Positions 36,461-50,160 of a stretch of 64,000 nucleotides of DNA are shown here, piece by piece (the first letter of the stretch is position 1; each line of letters opens with the position of its first letter). This stretch comes from Callorhinchus milii (lineage: Eukaryota). A model generated the notes under the pieces. It was not told where the DNA came from and made no database searches. It saw nothing but the letters and a program-made list of their open reading frames with translations. The stretch is taken from positions 81,470,001 through 81,534,000 of the forward strand of contig NW_024704742.1 in NCBI RefSeq assembly GCF_018977255.1. Direction: 5' to 3'. The translations under genes were made by a program, and so were the position numbers.

Positions 36461-38199
36461 GGGAGAGAAGCAAAGAAAATAAATTGTAAAAGTAAAAATG
36501 CCAAAGGAAAATCAATGAAACTAGAATCCTCCCTAAGTTTAAGCATTCATTGCATTAAATATACCAGAGATATTATAGTACCTTTTAAAAATTGCAATGT
36601 GATTAGGAGCGTTGTATAATACAGGCTGCATTTCATTGCAGATGGAAGTCTGCCAGTCCTGGGCGTGCTGTGCGAGTTATTAATCCAGCCCTTTAGACAG
36701 GCAAGGTCAAGAAGGGAAATAACTACCAGAACAGAGACATTTTTAAAAAATAAATCTGGATTTAATTGGTCTCTTGGTTCTTAAACAAAAGGATCTGCAT
36801 GTGGAGAGTTAGACTTGAAGGCTGCAGGCAGAATTCAAGCACACATTTCTATCCTTCCAGCAGTCACACATGGTCATTTTGATTATTGTACAGTCCATTA
36901 AAATCTGGAGCATAGCTTGTCTCTGCTTATTTCTAAATATAATTCTGCTTCATACAAGGCACGCCAGGCTAAAAGCAATCTAATATAAAACATACAACAC
37001 TGCATCAATATAATTACAGCCATTACAACATACTGTAATTCTATACACATGTCCACAAGGACTAATAGCTGTAATCACTTGTTTGCATAACTGACAAATA
37101 TCCAAAGGCCATTCTTGTTCAGGAATTCCTACTTGCATGCCAGGAATTCCTAAAGGGAAATAAACTATTGGCTCAGCAATTAGAGATTAAGAAAGCAAGG
37201 AATGAGAAAAGACCCATTTGACCATCAAACACACACCATCTGCTGACCATATATTATACACATACCCATATTTTCTGAAAGAACAACTCCCACCACCCCA
37301 TGCTCACACCATAAACATTAGTTTAGGCTTGGGTTGGAGGCAAGTCTGAGGTGGAATGAGACTGAACGGGGGTGTCACAGTCTGCAAACTATAAAAAGTA
37401 TTACCTTCATTCTTACCTGTTAATTTTTACGTGTGTTAACCCCACTTTCCAGACACTGACACTAGTTCCCATCAATTCAAATTACATTTGTGCAATATTC
37501 TGAAAAAATTCCGGGTTCATTCTCTGAATCCGATTTATTCTATGTTTAAGTTGAAATGAGACAACTGATGCTTTATTGCCCAGCCGCCCACCCCAACTCC
37601 TTTATTTAAATGGCTGTGGTTGTGTCCTAAAGGTACAGTTTACCTTAACATGTACTCTGCTCACCTATTTCACCTGAGAGAAAATTCTGACATAATCATC
37701 TTCTGGGCACCAAAGATAATCATGCTACTAGGGAGAAGAAAGAACCATAAGAACCTGAGAAATTTACAGCCCAGAACAAGGTTGAGAAGGAAAGAAAGAA
37801 TTTGTGTTGCAGCAATCTATCACGTCAAAACATCTCTAAATGTTTCACAGGTAATTATTACCAAGTGTAGCGACTGTATTTTGTAGGTAAACCAAAGAGT
37901 AATTTGCAAAGTCTCACAAACAGTATGGAGTGAATGATCAATTAACCTGGAGAACTGTTCCAAGGGGGCATAAGTGCACAATAACAAATATTGCTCCAGT
38001 GGAGTTCATTTTGAATGACAATTCAGGCTTCCAATATGATCCATTGCCCCCCCCAACACCACTCCCCACCCCACAATGTATAATTGCAGAGTAAACTTGA
38101 TTCATAATGAAGAACAAATACCAAGGAGATATTCCACATTTTGTTCTTCAGACTTATACGATTGCATGGGGGAAATCTACAGCATTGCATTTTCATTGA

Positions 38200-38700
38200 C
38201 AACAACAACAACTTGCATTTTTTATAGCACCCTTCACACGGGATAGTGATCTGGAGTGCTTGATTGTGGCAGAATCTGATGCCGAGCCAGAAGGAGAGGG
38301 AGGGTGGAGGTGATCAATAGGGAAGCTCTTTAGGCTGGTTTTGAAAGTACGGAGGGAGGGGGCAAGGCGGAGGGATTGAGGGATTGATGGAAAGAGTTCT
38401 AAAGTTTTAGGGCGTAGTGGCTGAAGACACGGTCACCGATGGTGGAGCAGAGGGAACAACAACAACAACAACAACAAGATTCCATTTATAGAGCGCCTTT
38501 CACGTCAGGAGGACGTCCCAAGGCGCTGCACAGGGACAAATAGGAGGCCGGAGCCAGGTGAGTGAAGATAGCGAGTGGTGGAGTAGGGGGGAAGCAGATT
38601 GGATAGGTGGGAGCTGTGAGGGCATGAAAACAAATGAGAGGATCTTGAAATCAATCCATTTGGTAATTGGGAGTCAGTGGAGCCTGGCAAGGACTGGCAT
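38200..38700 (-). mobile_element. Old L2 3' fragment with nested short young L2 tail (~38456-38533)
   Basis: Two (CAA)n tails and two stem-loops; L2 C-terminal similarity. Confidence 0.7.
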
Positions 38701-40179
38701 GCGTGTCTCTGTCTATCAGCAGATGGAGCATCCTTTTTCCTTAAGTCACCACATGCTTCCTTTGCTTTGATATCGGGTGCATTATTCGATATGTATGACA
38801 TATATGTATGACCTGCAGCTCCCCCAAAAAACATGTATTTTTTGTTGTGCTAATACAGCAAAAGGGACGTCTGCAAATTGTCTCAGATGGCCTCCCAGAA
38901 AGAGTTAAAGAATGCGAGCACCTTTCTCCTCTCCCTCCTGGCTGCATTGCTACATTGAGTCTTCTGGCTCGATGGAATATAAAAATAGCAACGCCTTGAA
39001 ATCAACACATTGGCTAATTATTGCTTCCTTACATCTTCATTTTTGTGGACCTGAACATGCTTTTCAGCCACCTGCATGCCTGGATTAATGGCATATATCC
39101 AGGGTCTTATTTTGTTGGTTGAGTCTTCTGGCTTGATGGTCAAGATTCAAATAACATTAATAGGGTTCCAGTCTCATTTGAATTTTTAATACCAATCCCA
39201 GGGCTCTCCCATGCCCCTGTGCTTTTCTTTCTCTTTGTGTTCAAAACTGCAATGCATCGCATGCCCACGTTAAAAACTAAATAAAAACACGTTATAAAGC
39301 TCTGTCTGTTGACTGTTGTTTCTTTCTTTATCCCCTCCTGCCCCAAAGGCATTGTCTTTACATGGGTCCTCTGTGTACCATATGCTCAAACAACATCAAT
39401 AAAACATTGAACAAAAATGTCTGGTCAAGATACTAGGTGGACAATTGGATGTTGGAGCTCTAAGAACATTGACACCTATTTGCACGCCACTCACAGTTTA
39501 CGGCACCATCCACAAATCCCACTTATTTGCTGCCTTCCATCTATCTCACTGCCTGCCGCCTCTTGTCTTGCATGGCTTTCTTTTCAGACAAAATAGGATT
39601 TGTTCTGAATGCAACATACAAGGATTAGCCAATTTTGCCTTTGTTTTAGCATATTCAGTACTCCATAATTTTTATTTTTTTGATGGAATCATGAAAAAAG
39701 TCAACCAGTAGTTTTAAAATAAACAAATTTGTACTGATTGTGCAGAAATGTCAACCACCTTGCCTTGGAGTACTGTGGCTCTATCAGGCTTAAGAACCAG
39801 ATGACAGAGATCACCACAGAAGATCAACTTGATTCCAATATTCCACTGCAGAGCTAATTCAGCCCCTAAGAGTCCAATTACCTCTCCCCCATCCAACACC
39901 TCCCACCCCCTGTTAAAGGAAATAAAGAATTGCAAATGTTATAAATCTGAAATAAAAACAATAAATGCTCAAACATTACAAATGCACAGAATAAGTTGTC
40001 AATTGCACAGTAAATTCCTGCTTTGGGTATCATGCTTGATCTATAAGACAATTCCAGTCATCTTAAAGAGGATTTCCAAGATATCCAAACTACAGGATTG
40101 ATAGGCAGGCTGTTAAAGTGTTGTTTAATCTACTGATCCACATGAACCAGAAGCACATAGAATCTGTTGTGAAATCTGG

Positions 40180-40603
40180 TGTCAGCCTGACTTAGTTGGT
40201 AGCATTCTTGCCTCTGGGTCAGAAGGTTGTGGATTCAAGCCACACTTGCAGACTTTAAATTCACAGTGTCTAGGGGGCTGACAGTGTTGAGAGTGCTGAG
40301 GTTGTGTGCCATCTGTCAAATGAAACATTAAACTGCGGTCTCGTCTGTATGTTCAGGTGAATGTCAAGAATCCCATGAAACTATTCCTAGAAAAAAGGAA
40401 GTTTCTCGTGGGGTCCTGGCCAACCATCAGTCAATAAGATTAATCATTCACTTTGATGCTGTTTGTGGGACATTGCTGTACACAAATTGGCTATGGTGTT
40501 CACCTATAAATAACAGTCACTGCACAGTAAATCTTGTGAAGTGCTTTGAGATGTCCTCCTGGCATGAGAAGCTCTGTATTGCATGCAAGGATTATCATTA
40601 TTA
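40180..40603 (+). mobile_element. Deu-domain SINE (family B; resembles SacSINE1/AmnSINE-type core), full length
   Basis: Head GTCAGCCTGACTTAGTTGGTAGCA...GGATTCAAGCC. Core ...ACATTAAACTGCGGTC...CAGGTGAATGTCAAGAATCCCATG...GTCCTGGCCAAC. Tail shared with family A. Confidence 0.75.
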
Positions 40604-40690
40604 ACAACAACAACTTAATAAATGTTGCAAATCTCAACCCCAATGAGCAACATCTAGGAAACAGGATACCACCCATAGTTGTTGAGGCAT

Positions 40691-40997
40691 GAAATTCCTT
40701 TTGGTCTTAAAAACTAAAACTATGTCGAGTTTTGGAAATTTTTTAAATTTGACCTTAATCTGATATCTGATTTTCCGTGGTTCTTAAAAACCCTGAGTTT
40801 TGTTAAAAAAAAACTGCAGAAAACCAGCTTCCATATTAAGACTTCAAATTGTAAGGATTTTCCAAATGCTGCACAATCTTAAATTTTAAGACAATAACAA
40901 CAACAACAATAACAACTTGCATTTATATAGTGCCTTTCATTGCGGGGCAACGTCTCGGAGCACTTTGGTTTTAAGGCTAAGACCATGAGAAATTTCA
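40691..40997. mobile_element. AT-rich foldback/MITE-like element interrupted by an L2 tail (~40894-40965)
   Basis: Ends GAAATTCCTTTTGGTCTTA / TAAGACCATGAGAAATTTC and internal arms are mutually reverse-complementary; related copies at ~4403-4606 and ~14330-14520. Confidence 0.55.
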
Positions 40998-43225
40998 AAC
41001 CCAAGGGATAATGGAGCACAATACAGAAGACCAAAAGTATTCTAAGAAAGAACTATTTATGAAGTTCGATCCACTTCTTATCTTAGTCTCTAGACTGAAA
41101 GAGCAAAACCACAATGTTGATTCAATAGCTCTAATGCTATAATTTCAGCTAACACTGCACATACATTCCATAACAAAATAAGGGAAAGGGGTTTGGTGGA
41201 TTGGCGAGTCAGCACAAACAGATGGCGTGAAATATTTTTCTTTCTGCTGTATTTAAAGGGAGACTTAAATGAAAGGAGTTCCACAGACAAAACCCAGTTC
41301 TGAAGAAAAGCTACCTAGAATTGAATATCAACTGACCACGAGAATTAGGTAAGCAGGAAGCATCCCTCCAGGGAGAGTGCACATTCCATTCCAACAATCT
41401 ATCTCTGGGATTTCCATGTGTAGGTGGGATGTATGGAATTCTCAGCTTGGTTTGGATACTCTTAAGCATGGGGATGGGTTTCTGCATGTGTCAGACACCC
41501 GCCTGATCAAAAAAAAAACTTTTTTGGATCCTAAACTGTGTTGCTAAGCTTCCCGTCGTGCAGCGATGTGGAGAAGGAAGACTGATTTATACTTTCCGCT
41601 CTAGTTTGCAATAATCAGTGCTGCAGAGAGACACACAACTGATTTTGGTTTTGACTAAAATCACATTTTTTGGGGGAGTTGCTGTATTAAAAAGCTAGTT
41701 GTGCGATCTTTGTGCAAGTGACTGTTCAATAACATTAAAAAATGGCCCATTCAGAATTTTCTGTTTTTAATGAACCGCCCAGGAGAGCACTTTCAACAGG
41801 TCACAGATGAGGGATCCCAATAGGATTTGCATAGACCACATATCCACTACAAGATACAGTCACTACCCATTGTAGTAAATCTTGTGAATCACCTTGAAAT
41901 AATCTCTCAATGTAAAAGGCACTACATTAACTGCAAGAATTATTATTGTACAGTGTGAGTGGGGATCACACTGGTCCTGTTATTCCAGAAAGTGTCAGAA
42001 AGAGGGTAAATACTTTCATCTGTGTTATAAATGGCTATGGTGCTATAAATAAAAAATAATAATAATAATTTGGTCACTCAATCCACATTTGTTTGTGGGA
42101 CACTGCTGTGCACAATTGGCTGCAACGTTTCGCCCACAAAATACACTGTCACTCCACTTTACAGTATATTCTGTGAATCTCTTTAAGACTTCTCAATGAC
42201 ATGATAAGACGCTATCTTTTACTTACACTTATGATTATTATTCTATAATAATAATAATGATGTTTTTTAGTCATTTGCTGCCAAAATTGTGCCAATTGAT
42301 GATGCAAAATGCACAGCATTAGAAACTGATGCCTGATAAAAAACAAACTTCTAATTTTCTGGTGCAATAGTTGCATGTGCAGACTGGTCTGATGTACTAG
42401 ACTTTGAGAGAGCTTAAGGTGATTGATCAACCATAACATTTTCCAGATGTATCTCTGCTGCTGAGCACGCAAAATATTTTAAAAAGCAGCTCGCTCAATA
42501 AGCAAAACAAGAGGGAGAGAGAGCCCTGCCAGATATCTCAGAAGAGGTCAGAAATGGATTTATTATATGATTCCAAAGCCCATCAGGGCTGCATCAATTT
42601 CTACAATGCATTCCGGTTCAGAAGTCAGTCAGTCTTTTGGGTCCCTCTGTTCTTGTAAATATATATATATAATTTCAAAGTATATTGGCCCCGCTGAGAA
42701 GAGATCAGTAACATCTTAGAGCAAACGCTATATAAAAATACAGCAGAGGTTTTCGTCAGCTGTCATCAACAATGGTGATAGGATTTGGAAACCTATTGGA
42801 ATTCCGTAATTTAAAATTAATTTAAGATTGCAGGAAAATATAATAAATCAGGAGAGCCTGTTGAAAATCAAAAACAATTCCATTATCCAGCGCTGATGTG
42901 CCTTAACTTAAGCACCCAAAAATACAACAATTTGCATTGATATAGCAGGCTTCACACAGGATAGCATCTCAGAGCACTGCCACCTTGATCTGTCTTGAAT
43001 AAAAAAGGGAGCATAACTTGTACTGTACAGGTGGGGCTGAAATTTATACAGATTATTATGTAAAGAGAGAAGTTGTTACAGAAATGGAGCCAAACAGGAG
43101 TACAGAGAGAGAGAGAGAGAGTGAGACTGTCAGACAGTGCAAGAAGGAGCGGGAGTGTGCTAGTGTCTCAGTAACAAGCTATCAACAAGTTATTATGATT
43201 TTATAACTAAATAGACCAGGAAATG

Positions 43226-43845
43226 ACAACAACAACAACAACATTACATTTGTATAGCACCTTTCAAATCGGGAGGATGTCCCAAGGCGCTGGACAGACA
43301 GAGTTATGGACCCAAGCTGGAGTTTGGGATGGGGGAGTGGGGAGGGGGGAGGGCAGGTGGGGGATGTGAAGCAGGCTGGAGCCCGCTGAGCGGAGGGAAT
43401 GAATAGGATGGTAGGGGGTTAGGAGGTTGTAGAGGCAGGGAGGAGCAAGACCGTGGACGGCTTTGAAGGTGAGGACCAGGAACTTGAACTGTATCCTCTG
43501 TGTGATGGGAAGCCAGTGGGGTCGGGCGAGGATGGGGGGATAGGGTCACGGAGCCTCGTGCGGGAGAGGACACGGGCTGCAGAGTTCTGGATGATCTGCA
43601 GCCTGTGGAGGGAGGAGTTTGGGAGGCCGACAAGCAGTGAGTTTGCATAGTCGAGCCTCGATGTGATGAAGGCGTGTATGAGGGTTTCGGTGGCCTGCGG
43701 TGTGAGACAGTGTCAGAGCCGGGCGACGTTTCGGAGGTGGGCGAAGGCAGAGCGGGTCATGGCGCAGATATGGGGTAGAAAGGATAGTTGAGGGTCAAAC
43801 AAGACCCCAAGGTTCCGGACTGGCTTAGCAAGGTTGAGTGTGACA
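43226..43845 (-). mobile_element. 5'-truncated L2 LINE with internal 3' deletion
   Basis: Reverse complement closely matches the 26.8-27.6 kb copy; (CAA)n tail at ~43226-43242. Confidence 0.88.
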
Positions 43846-44571
43846 GGAAATAAGTAAGGCTTTGGTCAGTATTCTCAGCCACTATAACTGATTTTTTGGT
43901 CAGCTTTGTGTCTGACACATATGAAAACCTATTTCCATACTTAAGAGTATCCTAAACAGATATGAATGGAAATTTCTCTGTGTGGAATGGAGTGCACACT
44001 CGCTCCTCAGTCAGGTGCTACCTGCCCACTTAATCCTGGAAAGAATTAGATGCAAATTAGCAAGAGCCAAGGTTTGGGGACCCCAAAGTGTGTATTAGGG
44101 GGATTGCTGGGTTGTCATTGTTGCTTCTCACTCGAGTGCTCTAACCACTGAGCTACAGGACTCCACGAATAGACAAATGCTGGGAGTTGTGAAAGGTAGA
44201 GTTACGTGTTCAGTTCTAAATGTGCCTATTCTGTTTGTACAATACTGTAGATGATAGAGAAAAGGGCTCTCTGGCAATATTGTTAAATTTGCTACATCAA
44301 TTCATGTGTCAAGTAAGGAGTGTAAGCAAAACTGTATTTTAAAAGATAAAGAACTAAGGAATAACAGATGGATTAAAATGTGGATAAATATGTCTTATTG
44401 CACACATCTGAACAGAAATTCATAAGAAAGCAGGGAGCAAGAAAAGGCCATTAGCCTATCTCAAACTATCTACGTAATATCACACCAAATCGAGACTTGC
44501 AAATTATTACTTTTAATATTACAATTGTCAGTCTCAGCCTTATATATTGCACTTCTTTGTAAATGAATCAA

Positions 44572-44963
44572 ATAATAATAATGATAATAATCATTGCATT
44601 TGATATAACACCTCATCACATCATTGAGATGTCTCACATTGCTTTACAGAATATACTGTAAAGTGAATTGACTTTATATTTTGTGGGCAAAACGCGGCAG
44701 CCAAATGCACACAGCAGTGTCCAACAAACAGTTGTGCATTGAGTAACTAAATTATTATTTCTACTTATTTATTCATTTGAAAAGATTATTAACCCCAGAA
44801 AGCTATCTGGCAATCAACTAACAACTGGATTCCTACTTACCGCAAGGTAAACAGATGCGTTTGAGTAAGGAATCTTGCTTAAGGATTTGCCCTGCCTTGG
44901 AATCAAACCTGGGTACTCTTGCTTGCGAAGTGAGTGCTCCAACCAATACTCTACAGGACTCCA
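44572..44963 (-). mobile_element. SINE family A, full length
   Basis: Reverse complement of the family A consensus, with (TAA)n tail. Confidence 0.85.
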
Positions 44964-47900
44964 CAAGGTAATTGTTTTCATAGTTTCATTGGATTATATT
45001 CACTCCTACGATCACTCAGCAAAAAAAATAAATAAGTACCTTTTAATGAAATTAAAGAAACAGTCTCCAGGCAAAATCTGATTCTGATCCGAGGACACTG
45101 GAACAAGAATTCTCAATAATCCTATCATTGGTTTGGGGGATTAAGGATTTCATCGGTAGTCTTCAGAGATGAAGATTCTATTTGAATGAAGAAATGGATC
45201 AGGATTCATCTCATTTACCTTCCATGAACTGATAGCAATGTAGCTTTAAAATCATGTATACTGATAATAGTTATGATTCCACAAACTGAACACATGCCTC
45301 AAAAAAATGCATTTGATTCAAGTTTCCTATTCTAACCAATCTGTGAAGCAAATATTCATTCATAAAAGATGGTTTGGTTTGTTGTAAACAAGAATGCATT
45401 GTACTGCATTAAAGTGGAACCATATGGAACAGAAAAACACGTGCTGTAAAGATGTTTAGATGGAAGATCAAAACATTAAGATTCTTTCAATTGAGTATAT
45501 ACAGCGCAACATTACATTCTTTTCCAAATGTATCAGGCTCCAAACTGTTCACTTTGGTTACTGTATCCTTTAAGTATTAAGAGTGTGGTGTGAGTGAGTA
45601 TCATAGCCGTGTGCATTTCTGGAGTGACTGTTATGCAATACAATTCAGTCTACATTTATAAGGTGCCCTTCACATCGGGAAGATGTCTCAAAGCACTTGA
45701 CAGGGTTGGTTGAGCACCTGAATGGTGGGGGGTGGTGGGTGTCGGGGGAGGGAGAAGAGCTGAAGAGGGTGAGGGATTGGATGGATGAAAGCACGGTGAA
45801 AGTCTTAAAGCTGGTTTCAAAAGTGGGGAGGGGCACTCAGTTGAGCTCAAATTAACGTAATATCCATTTACAATTTATTATATTAAATAGTGAAGAAAGC
45901 AACAGACACATAAAAGTATTAGGTGAGGCGAGTTGTACAAATGATAGATACACGTTGGTCAGATTGCGTTTGAGTGAGTTGCTGAGTGTTTTAGGTCTTT
46001 GATATTTCCTCATTCAGAATCCAAGTGTCCCATAAAAAAAAATCCTGAATTCTGTTACAATTCCAGTGATAAAATATTAGAACTCCATTAATGATAATAA
46101 TATTTTCATTCAAACGGTTTGAATCATTTTAGACATCAGTTGTAATTAGCATAATTTAGTATTACGCCCCACTACACCTCAAAGCTTTGGAATTCTCTCC
46201 CCCAATCTGTCCGGCTTTCCTCCTCCTTTCCTTCTTTTAGATCATGACTGAAGACCTTCCTCTACGACCATGCTTATGGTCACTTCCTCCCTCCCCCCGG
46301 CTCAGTGTCAGCCCCACCACTTTTAAGCGCGCTATATAAATGCAAGTTGTTGTGTTAATTCCATTTAAACCATTGCCTTTCAATGCAATTTATAACTTTT
46401 GACTGTGTATTTTGTGGGAAATCCGGCAGTGAATTGAGCACAGGAGTGTCCCACAAACAGTGCGGATTGATTGACCAAATTATTATTATTATTATTTTAT
46501 TATTTTGAAGGGATTATTAACCATGGAAAAGCGATCTGCCAATCGACTAAGAGTCTGAAATTCCATCATTTTAAAACAATATTTCAGACTCTAAGAGTCT
46601 TAGACTGTCAGCCTGGCTCTGTTGGTAGCACTCACATTTGGTGTATTGCATTGGCTATTCAATCACTTTGCTCTGCTACTTGTTACCTAGCTATTTTCAT
46701 TCTCTCAACTAGAAATACCTTGTGAATTATTGCTAAATACATTCCATGTGCTTATCATTGCCATTCAAACTTTAGGCATTATCAATCAACCTTCCAGCTG
46801 TAAGTTAGCCATGCCAAGTAAAATATCAAAAGTCCAACATGTGTTTACAGTAAGTGCCACATCCTGGCTGAGGCAAAGTGAACACTATTGAGAATAAACA
46901 GCAATCGAATAAATCAGATGGCATTTTTCAGAGACGGCCTATAGCTACTGATTTATTAATGGAACTTTTCAGTTTCTGTGTCAGAGAGGAATGCTGGTGC
47001 AGTAGACTAAAAGACTAATTTTGCAGACTTACTCTTTGGTTCCATATATAATCCACTTTGGATTGTTTCTTAGGGAAAAATGACATAATGACTACTGAGG
47101 GAGCATGGAAGTGTCGTCAGGTCATCAATCATGGGGTGGGTCTGAATCTTGTAAAAGAACATCATTGACTACTACTCACCCTTGCAACTTGAGAAGCACA
47201 TCCTGCTTCCTAGGTCATGGACTGTGCCACACATGCCCTGGACTTTCTCCCAAAATTGTGAAGCAATCGCTATGGAAAGGACTGACAATACACATTTGCA
47301 TCCAGTCAGGAAGGTAATATACTAGCCAGGTACCTGTTGGAATGATTAATCTAGTGAAGTAAAATTCAGCAGGTCAAACTTGCACCTAAGGCTGTTCTTA
47401 ATAATAATCCTTGCATTTGATATAGCGTCTCATCATAACATCAAGACATCTCAAAACGCTGCATGGGATATACTGTAAAGTGGAATCACTGTGTATTTTG
47501 TTGGCAAAATGCAGCAGAAAAGTATAGTTGAAGAGGGAGATCTTGGGGTAGACATTGAAAGAGTCAAAGGAAGAGGTGAGTGGAAGGTACTCTGGGAGGG
47601 AGTTCCAGAGGGTGGAGGCTATATCTGCTGAAAGCTTGACTGCTGATGGTGGGGTGTGTAGGGCAGGGATGTGAAGTAGGCCAATGCCAGCTAAGCAGAG
47701 GGTTCGACCAGGTTTGTCGTGTGGGGCAAGAACATAGAAGGACGATGGAGAGATTTAAAGGTTAGATCAAGGAACTTGAACTCAATCTCCTGGGATATAA
47801 GAAATAATGAAGAGTTTCTCACATTATAACAACCTTAACCTAATTATGGGGTAACATTTGTGATTGTTTGAATATTGCTTATATTAACTGTTGCTAATGG

Positions 47901-48232
47901 TCATTGCTGTTAACCCATTGAGTGGCAGCACACTCTCTCAGTAAGCGGTCTCTCCCTCTTTCAGCCGAGATCTCTGTCATCTTTTATTTCCTCGATGCGA
48001 GGTGAGGTGAGCTATCACCCATCTCTCCTGTCCATTCATCACATAACAACAACTTGCATTTATATAGCGCCACTCAAGCAGGGTAACGTCCCAGAGTGCT
48101 TGACAGTGGCAGAACATAATGCTGAGCTGGGGGAAAGGGAGATGAGCGGTCAAAGAGGAAGGACTTCAGGCATGACCTGAAAATGGGGAAGGAGGGGGCA
48201 AGGTGGAGGTATAGAGGAAGAGGGTTCCATAA

Positions 48233-48425
48233 TTTTTTTAAAGGAATTATTACCCCCGGAAAAGCGATCCGCCAATTGACTAACAACCAGGTTCCTACTT
48301 ACTGCTCGCTAAACAGAGACATGTGGAGTAAGGAAACTTGCCCAACATTTTGCCCTGCTGGGAATCGAACCCAGGTCCTCTTGCTTGCGAGGCGAATGCT
48401 CTAACCACTGAGCTACAGGACTCCA
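48233..48425 (-). mobile_element. SINE family A head + core
   Basis: GGAATCGAACCCAGG...CTAACCACTGAGCTACAGGACTCC. Confidence 0.8.
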
Positions 48426-48934
48426 AACCACTAACCTCAGGACTCCAAATCATACAGTTTCTATTCCATTTATGTGTTCAAGACTTCACTGCCTGATATA
48501 GCTTCCGATCTCTCCTGGGTCTCCCCATCACACCAGTTCTAGCCAGGCTCCACTGGCTCCCTATCGCCGAATGGATTGATTTAAAGATCCTCACACACGT
48601 TTTCAAATCCCTTCATGCCCTGGCACATCCCTACCTCTCTAACCTGCTTACCCTCCAACCCACAACCCTCTGCCGCCACCTGAGTGGCTCCGGCCTTCTG
48701 CATGTCTCTTGTGCCCCCCGTTCCACCATTGGTGGCCACACTTTCAGCCACTTCGCCCTGAAACTCTGGAACACTCCTGTTCATGTGTCTCTTTGTTCAT
48801 GATGTCCCCAACAGATTACTGATGCAAATGCGCTACCCCTGTTTCCAAGAACACGATAATTCAGAGTTATTGGGTAAGTTTGGTGAGCACAGTGTCTGTG
48901 CTACAATATAACATTGCTTCCAAGGGATGTCAAG

Positions 48935-49366
48935 GTTTTTTTTAATGAGGGTAGTCGAATAACAGGTTCCTGAGTCAGCCCCACACCAACTTGGGGACAG
49001 GAGTTCTTCCTATTCAGCTTCTGTTACAACCTAAAATCCTAATGGGTATGATGGTCAATTCAGTGAGAAACTTGCCAGATAGTGCTCTCAAAGGCAAGCT
49101 GTGTGGCATTAGCTGGTTAACCTCTAGCATTACTCCAACACACACTCTATAGTCCTGAAGCCCTGGCTCTTGCCAAACTGTACCTAATAGTTTCCAAAAT
49201 TACGTAGGTAGGGCTTGACCCTCTGAAGAAACAGGGAACGCATTCCATTCCATGCACGGAGAAATGTTCACGTGTAGATGGCATATGTATTTGGACCTCT
49301 ATTTTTGGTTTGAATATTCTTAAGCATGTTAATGGGTTTCTGCATTTGTCAGTCTGACCAAAAAAG
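48935..49366 (+). repeat. Unidentified dispersed repeat (family C), 3' end with short poly(A)
   Basis: Ends CTTAAGCATG....TGGGTTTCTGCAT.TGTCAG..CTGACCAAAAAA, as do 41335-41518 (+) and ~43890-44050 (-). Confidence 0.7.
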
Positions 49367-49399
49367 TATCACCAACACCAACAAATATACTGGACAGTC

Positions 49400-50160
49400 G
49401 AGGGTTTGCAACCGAGCTGGGGGTTGAAAGTGGGAGAGATGGGGTTCAAGGAGGTTGGGTGGAAAGGTGACCAAAAGGTGTGGTCAATGAGGAAGGTCTT
49501 GAGATGGACCTTGAAGCAAGAGAGAGAAGGGGCGAGGTACCTGCACGTACCCTCCGTTCCTCTGGCTCTGGTCTACTCCACATCCCCACCCTAACTGCCC
49601 TACCATCGATGGCCGGGCCTTCAGCCTCTCAGCCCCGAGGCTCTGGAACTCTATCCCCCAGTGACTTCGCCGCCTCCTCCCTTTCCTCCTTCAAGGCCGG
49701 TCTCAAGACCTTTCTCTTTGACCGTGCCTTCAGCTCCCCTCTCAACTCTCTACCCCTCCTCGCTCCCTCCCTTCCCTTCCCTCACCCTGACCATTTCCCC
49801 CCTGCTCGGGTCCCGACCCAACTGTCCAGCACCTTGGGACGTCCTCCCGACGTGAAAGGTGCTCTATAAATGAAATCTTGTTGTTGTTGTTGAGGTGAAG
49901 GGACTCAGAGATGGCGTTCCAGAGATTAGGGGCAGAATAGCTGAAGGACTGATCACTGATGGTGGGGCGGGCAGAATGGGAGCCATGAAGCAGGCCAGTG
50001 CCTACCGAGGGGAGGGAGTGGGCGGGTCTTTAGGTTTTTCAAAGGGTTTTAGAAGGTCACAGTGGTAGGGTGGGGAAAGACCATGGAGGGCTTCAAAAGT
50101 GAGGATGAGGATGTTGAATTTGTGGGGGATAGGAAGCCAGTGGCGGGAAAGGATGAAGGT
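49400..50160 (-). mobile_element. Older L2 3' fragment interrupted by the 49539-49891 insertion
   Basis: RHWLPIPHKFNILILTFEALHGLSPPY remnant; sequence is colinear across the insert. Confidence 0.7.
49539..49891 (+). mobile_element. L2 3' fragment (young subfamily) with GAGGT target-site duplication
   Basis: Same sequence as 1707-2072; GAGGT at 49534-49538 and 49892-49896. Confidence 0.88.
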
